Shown: piece by piece, positions 58,301 to 64,000 of the stretch | Numbering within the stretch: the stretch's first letter is position 1 | How the letters are laid out: each line of letters starts with the position of its first letter | Assembly: GCA_964016885.1 (NCBI GenBank) | Contig: OZ024743.1 | Coordinates: forward strand, 223,200,001 to 223,264,000 | Direction: 5' to 3' | Source of the DNA: Eledone cirrhosa | Taxonomy: Eukaryota | Length of the DNA stretch: 64,000 bases | Notes under the pieces: model-generated | Seen by the model: only the letters and a program-made list of their open reading frames with translations | Database searches by the model: none | Told to the model about the DNA's origin: nothing | Made by a program: the position numbers and the translations under genes

Positions 58301-60939
58301 TTGTTCTCAAAATAAATAATATCAAAATCTCATAGATTTGATATTATGTGAGATAATTATAAAGTAAAGCTTTACTGTGAAAATATAATAGTAAATATAG
58401 AGTAATGTAAATATTAAAGGTTTAGCCATCTAAAAATACACAAAGCTGTTAACTTTACTTTCATCATCATCATCATTTTTACATTTGCTTTTCACACTGG
58501 CATGAGTAGGATGGGTTGTCAGAAAGACCTTACCTCCTTCACATATTTCATATTTGGCATGGTTTCTACATCGAGATGTCCTTCCTAACACCAACCATCT
58601 TATAGGGGTATGAGATACATTTTGTCATTGCACTAGCACTAGAGAGGTTGTCACATCTAGACTGAAGAACTCTCTCAAACCCTGTACAGTCTACTTTCAA
58701 TTACCAAAAACTCTAGCCTTCAGTCTCTCATCATATTTACTTTATATTTATCATTTATTTCTAAGTGTCCACATTATTGTTGCACTGTCTGTGACCTGGT
58801 CACTGACACTGTTCCATTGTGTAAAGTTAACAGTTTTGCTGTGTTTTTAACCCTTTAGCATTTAAACCAGCTGTATCTGGGCAGAATTCTCTCACCTCTT
58901 TCTGTTCAAACCAGTTGTAACTGGCCACTCATACTGATGTTAAGGTTTTGTTCTCAAAATAAATAATATTAAAATCTCATAGATTCGATATTATGTTTGA
59001 TATTATGTGAAATAAAGTCTTTACTGCAAAAATATAATAGTAAATATAGAGTAATGTGAATGCAAAAGGGTTAAATTGCTAAAATGACTGTAATTGCTAT
59101 TTTTAATTACTAACTTTTAATACTATGTACTGTATGAAATCACATAAGCAAGATATTTTTAAAAGTATAAAACAGCACTATGACTGTATCACATTAAAAA
59201 TTGAAATCTTTACACAAATACTGCAAATTTTCACAACAAACAGTCTACTAGTAAAGTACTAAAAACATTTGAATGAACAAACTTCTTTTTCGGATATTTT
59301 TCTGCTAAATCCTTATAGAATGTTAATGACAATGATGATGATGATGATTGTGATATAAAAAAATGTCATTTGGTTACTTACCGAAACAGGTTTTTTGTTT
59401 AAGTTGTATCTGATAGTGTATGCTGAATTAACCAGCTGTTTGCCTAGGGCTGATTTGTTAGGTTTGGAGGTCTTTTTGTAAAAATCTTCTGTACATCTTT
59501 AGTGATGGATCAACACCAGAAAAACACAATAGATTAATTTGGAGCAGAACAAAATAGACTAAGATAAATGTTAGCATTTCAAAAAAGCAAGTGTCTCAAC
59601 TTATATCTGTTTAACCTTTTTATCTTGGCTAGTGACTCTAATGGACATGTCCAACATCAGGATGGTTACTCTGATGGTCATAGAACAAGAAATAAAGAGG
59701 TGGTGAAAATATCCAAAAGAAAGAGTACTTTGTTAGGTGGTAGTGACAGTGCCATGATAATACCCTTGGTACATGCTGTGAAGTGGTTGTTGTTAGGAAG
59801 GGCTTCTAGTTGATAGAACATATGAACGAGACACACTCACTGTCATGTCTGGGCTCAAAATGTGACAATCTATCTAATCCAAGCATGTAAAGAAAATAGA
59901 TGTAAAACAGTGATGATGTTGATGATGATGATTTCAGAAAGCCAGCAAGTCATCTGATCACCTATGATTTAAGTGGAGAAATGAGATTGCTGATTACGAA
60001 TCGCAAGTCTTTCATTGGCAAAGACTGTATACCACTCATAATAAAAATTTGTGATTTCTAGGTTTTGGAGATAGTCACTGTAGTGTGTATAAGAGAAAAC
60101 TGCAATGATATGGACATGCAATGCATAGGAAGAATGATACTTGTGTGGGAAAGTGCCAATTGATGGAAATATAAGGAGCTTGTAAGGCAAATAGACTAAA
60201 GATGTGGGCTGAGTTGTGAGGACTCATTTCAGAATATTGTGTCTGCCAGGAGAGATGGTGAAGGTCTGCAACAAGTAGAGACAGATGCTGTGTTGGAATT
60301 GACCAATCAAATTTCATGTTGAAAGTAAAACCAGTGTAATATTCACTCACAAAGTGAAACCAGTGTAATATTCACCTACAAAGCAAAAATATTTTAGCAC
60401 CTCATTTATGTAGAATTCTGAAGTTGGTGAAAATTGGCAAAATATTAATCTCAAATATAATCTGACCACCCATTTTACCATCGATTTTTTTTGTCATATA
60501 TTTCTCAGCTTATATAAAAATACATATAGTAATCATAATACATTAATCAACAAACAACACAACAATCATTTTAAGGCTATTTAGAGCCCCATGACAAACC
60601 TCCTATAAATAATGTTTTAGGTAATATTTTATGACTGGGTGCTCTTCCTGGCACCAATCCTTTTAGTTGCCTATTACAACACACAGAGAAATGATGTATC
60701 TGTTCTAAACTAAATACATACATTATTCTTAACAATAATTGTTTTAAAATATTTCATATTCACCCTTTTGTATAAAATTCATTATTTTCTAGGTAGTTGT
60801 AACGAATCAAGTCTTTGGGGTGAGGATCTGCTCTTTTCCATGGCCGTTGACCTTTTTTAGAAACTGATTTTTTTGTTTTTTCTTTTTGCTTTTTCTCAAA
60901 GTTTAATGTTTCTAATTCTTGGTCAAAATTTGTCAATTC
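44820..60939 (-). CDS. Unidentified spliced gene, 3' four coding exons (5' part not located)
   Basis: Exons 60764-60939 (phase 0/2), 59382-59496 (2/0), 46674-46869 (0/1), 44820-44884 (1/stop), each with an AG acceptor and, where internal, a GT donor; stop-free when joined: ELTNFDQELE...GQRPWKRADPHPKDLIRYNYLENNEFYTKGCTEDFYKK...KLNLTDKL...SNCFFPSQPWKIAADQTDSDS*. Confidence 0.65.
45975..46131. mobile_element. Tc1/pogo-type MITE
   Basis: TA|CCGTATTTCCCGGC...GCTGGGAAATACGG|TA. Confidence 0.72.
47244..47405. mobile_element. hAT-like MITE
   Basis: CAGTCATGGGCAAACT...AGGTTGCCCATGCCG with repeated GGCCC subterminal motifs. Confidence 0.6.
48119..49410 (+). mobile_element. Mariner DNA transposon (DD34D), full length, defective
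   Basis: TA|CGAGGGGGATCAAAAAGTT...AACTTTTTGATCCCCCCTCG|TA terminal inverted repeats, 1292 bp. Confidence 0.93.
48299..49354 (+). pseudogene. Mariner transposase with two in-frame stops
   Basis: MENNYFEIR...APK*TAVYKW, WVPKAL, TGDETW, HHDNA, YSSDLAPSDF, TRL*...DGNYVEK*. Confidence 0.9.
49860..51547 (+). mobile_element. RTE-clade LINE, 5'-truncated, frameshifted RT, (TGA)n tail
   Basis: FVDLEKAFD, VGVHQGSVLSP, LLYADD, Cys-rich insert, RRLRWYGHVMRM, GRPRKTW; 3' UTR 51170-51547. Confidence 0.9.
51550..51805 (-). mobile_element. 3' fragment of another LINE family
   Basis: Translates to GPQLFNKLPKNLR...FKRYLDILLTKIPD*P...NSL, a typical LINE ORF2 C-terminus. Confidence 0.6.
52050..53399 (-). mobile_element. 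Non-autonomous Helitron, second copy with an internal ~450-bp duplication
   Basis: Near-identical to 39541-40668; A|TCTATATATAT start, CCCGAGCAACGCCGGG hairpin, CTAG|T end. Confidence 0.85.
53527..53920 (-). mobile_element. RTE 3'-UTR-derived element (single-unit form)
   Basis: (CAT)n tail then one copy of the 112-bp unit. Confidence 0.85.
53943..56620 (-). mobile_element. Penelope-like element with inverted terminal repeats, degenerate
   Basis: RT remnants QFDINDYYS, MGSSDSAQV, GIYRDD, NFLDVTLNL and C-terminal CRLC...LLN...CRH; 53943-54290 is an inverted copy of 56270-56620. Confidence 0.85.
56968..57708 (-). mobile_element. RTE-clade LINE 3' fragment
   Basis: KGRLYDACIRTAMLHGSETW...GRPKMTW followed by related 3' UTR and (TGA)n tail. 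Confidence 0.88.
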
Positions 60940-61601
60940 CTAAAATGAAACAGAATAGTTTACAGAGCAATGAAAATATTTTTCAAATAAAATCTTTTCT
61001 AAAATAATTTTTGGTTCCTTACATTTGTACAAAGTCCCAAATTTGTAGTAAAGAGATATGGTTGATTGAAATCATATGAATATATTACTGGTATTATCTT
61101 GTCAACCTCCAAAGAGATAAAAAGCAAAGTTGATCCTGTTGTTGCTGTTATAGCTCACACCTACATAGGTTTAGCTGGCCTCCTACGAAGTTGTGTTTCA
61201 AAGTCACATCAGGTATGTGTGTGTGTGTGTGTGTGTGTATTTTATTTTATATAAAAATTACTTCAACAGAATTGGAGTTGCTTCATTAGTATGAAATCAT
61301 CAGGAAAGTCCTGATGATTTCATACGAATAAAATAGTTCTAGTCCCATAGAAGTCATTTTTATATAAAATAAAAAATGACTACACTACCCCTGACACAAC
61401 TTGGGAATCTACATATTTTATACATATATATACATTGTGTGTGTCCAGTTTATAATAGGCACTCTGCATCACTGCAGGATGTAAGAAGAGACTAAAAAGG
61501 GTTGGTGTCAGGAAGGATATCTGCGTGTAAAACATTTTCTCAAAAAATCCCATCCAACCCATGCCAGAATGAAAAAAAATCGACATAAAAGGATGACGAT
61601 G

Positions 61602-61729
<128 letters not shown>

Positions 61730-62342
61730 CAGCCAGACTGCTAATATGCAAATTAGGCCAATCAGTCACTGTATATTTTAGAAAATATATATTTTCACTA
61801 GCCCTGACAGTTGGCAAGTGAACAGTGAACTGTACTGATGAAGGGTGATACCCAGAGACATTAGTGTCTGCAGTTCTGTTCACATGCCAACACAAGAGCA
61901 AGAATGAGGGGCTCATTCTACTGACATGGCTTTAATAATTGCAAACGAATCAAAGGTTTGTGCCCCCGGGGAACCGTAATAGGGGTTTAACTCCCATTAG
62001 GGTGTCTTAATATTATTGAAATTTGCTGAAATTTTGTGAATAGGCATCATATCTTGTCATTTACCTATGGTTAAATTTCATATAAATCGAAGGGAAAACA
62101 TTTTCAGCAGGGGTTTTCAGTGGGGGTTTGTGCCCCCGAAGAACCCTTTGATTAAAATGAAATATACTTATCCAAGTACCCTGGGCAATGTAGTTTCAGA
62201 ATATATATGGTTATGGGGTCTATCTCCAAAACCATAGGAGGAGTTCGTGAACAAACAAACAAACTGAAAGGAACTACAACTTTATATATATAGATATTAT
62301 ATATAGATATAAATAAACATATAAGTTATATCTGTATATATA

Positions 62343-62504
62343 CAGAGTGGGTAACTGTGACTATACCAATATGTATATAAATTTACACATTTTTGTAAAC
62401 ATGCCAGAAATCACAAATTTTTTATTTGTTGCATGTTAACATGTCTATATATTAAACATGTGTATATTAATATACACATAGAACAGTTTCAGTTACCCAC
62501 TTTG
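62343..62504. mobile_element. Tc1/mariner-type MITE
   Basis: TA|CAGAGTGGGTAACTG...CAGTTACCCACTTTG|TA. Confidence 0.7.
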
Positions 62505-62555
62505 TATATATACAAATATAACTTTATCATTTACTTTGGCTGCTTGGTGCACTTC

Positions 62556-62602
<47 letters not shown>

Positions 62603-62619
62603 TAAAATATAAAAGAGAA

Positions 62620-64000
62620 AACACAGGTAAGCATTAAGAGAAGGATTTTATCCAGGTATTTACGACCGTTTCATTGGTAAGTGCAACCTTATATTGCTAT
62701 ACTGCAAATAGCAACCACTCAATTATAATTGTTGTTCACAGTCCAAATTGTCAAAATAGTGAGTAAGTTAATCTTGAAATAGTTCTTAATATATAGAGAA
62801 AAACATTTTTTTTTTTTTTTGAATTGTATTTACTAGTATAGAGAGAGAGGAATTAGAAGGTGAGGGGACAAATGGAATAGTATAGAGAGAGAGGAAGGGG
62901 GAAGAGTTAGGCAGTAGAGTGACAAACTGAGATGGAGGGAGGGGTAGAGGTGGAAGGATTCCTTGATCAGTTTTGATATGTAGACTTCATGTTGTGGAAT
63001 GTAGTGAGTTAAAGAGAATTAAATTGATCATAGTGGGAGAGAGGGATAGAGAGAGAGGGGGGGGGAGATATAAAGAGATAAATATATATATAAAAAATAA
63101 AGATAATAATGACAAAAATAAAAGCAAAGAAGGGGGGAGAAAGAAGAAAAGAAAAGATAACCAAAAAGGGGAGGGAAGGAAGGAAGAAAACAAAGAAATA
63201 GAAGAGGAATGAAGGAGAAGGGAGGGATATAGGTATTGGTATTTGTGGGTAATTAAAAGGGTTTAGATACAACAAGAGGGTATAAATATATGCAGTTTGT
63301 CAGTTGGTAGTAAGAGGTTAAGGGTTCGATTTGCACTTGTAGTGCGAAAACTTTTCTTTGAATCTATGGTTAGAATAAATTGATCTTTCGATTTTATTGT
63401 TGAGTAACTTATTCTTCGAACTCAAAATGTGGAACAGCTCAAGGTCACATAATCGACAGCTTCTCATACCACTCCGATATGGGGGCACGTTCAATAATTT
63501 TTTCCACTTCAGGGTGTATTGATGGTTACTTTCCCTCAGTTGCCAGGTCTTGTTTGCAAGGGTAGTTACATAACGATGCTAGGAATGTTTCATTGCGTAA
63601 CGGTGTGTATACCAACGGGCTTTAAATGTATTCCCAGTCACACAGTAGAAAATATATTTGGTATAACCCCATATTTAACACCTCTATTAGTACTAACCTA
63701 CCCTCTACCTTGGATTAGGACCTAACAGACGATGAGATAAAAAACATATTAGCTGCTAGGAAAACAATAATTAAATTTGAAAACGCCTATTGGGAATGTA
63801 AGAATAGATTAAATAACTTTGACATCACAATGGGGGCTAACGACTCGGCTCAAGTCACAGATTTAGTAGGTATTTACATAGCCCATAGTTTACAGAGTGA
63901 GTTTAGCGACCTTCACGGTGGAATCTACAGAGACGACGCCCTTCTCCTAGTTAAGAACCTAAATAACCAGAGTATAGAAAGACTCCGTAAGAATATTAGA
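62620..64000. mobile_element. Penelope-like element, inverted arrangement, runs off the window
   Basis: Plus strand 63740-64000 FDITMGANDSAQVTDLVG...GGIYRDD; minus strand 63320-63660 FKARWYTH...WQLRE...CRLCDLE...LLN (GIY-YIG region). Confidence 0.8.

Noticed and set aside
61920-62295. Third Helitron
   Set aside because: Has a Helitron-like 5' end on the minus strand, but no CTAG/hairpin 3' end was found

Overview
AT-rich, repeat-dense animal genomic DNA. The repeat families suggest a cephalopod such as Octopus (inference). Three spliced genes can be read: (1) DAW1/WDR69 on the minus strand, nine coding exons from the ATG at 11380, running off the left edge; (2) a complete five-exon SDR16C-family (RDH10/SDR16C5-like) dehydrogenase on the plus strand, 23557-42157, 303 aa; (3) four phase-compatible 3' exons of an unidentified minus-strand gene, 44820-60939. 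The rest is mostly transposons: a near-full-length CR1-type LINE with intact ORF2 plus truncated copies, CRE-like, RTE and Penelope-like retroelements, a defective mariner, two Helitrons, two solo LTRs, SINEs, MITEs and microsatellites. Highlights: a candidate -1 ribosomal frameshift (G_GGA_AAC_UAA plus a 15-bp hairpin) joining LINE ORF1 to an AUG-less ORF2; an AT-AC minor-spliceosome (U12) intron in DAW1; a 21-copy 112-bp satellite derived from an RTE 3' tail via a 7-bp microhomology; several hammerhead-like motifs; and an RFX X-box-like motif upstream of DAW1. All calls come from manual reading; no searches were run.
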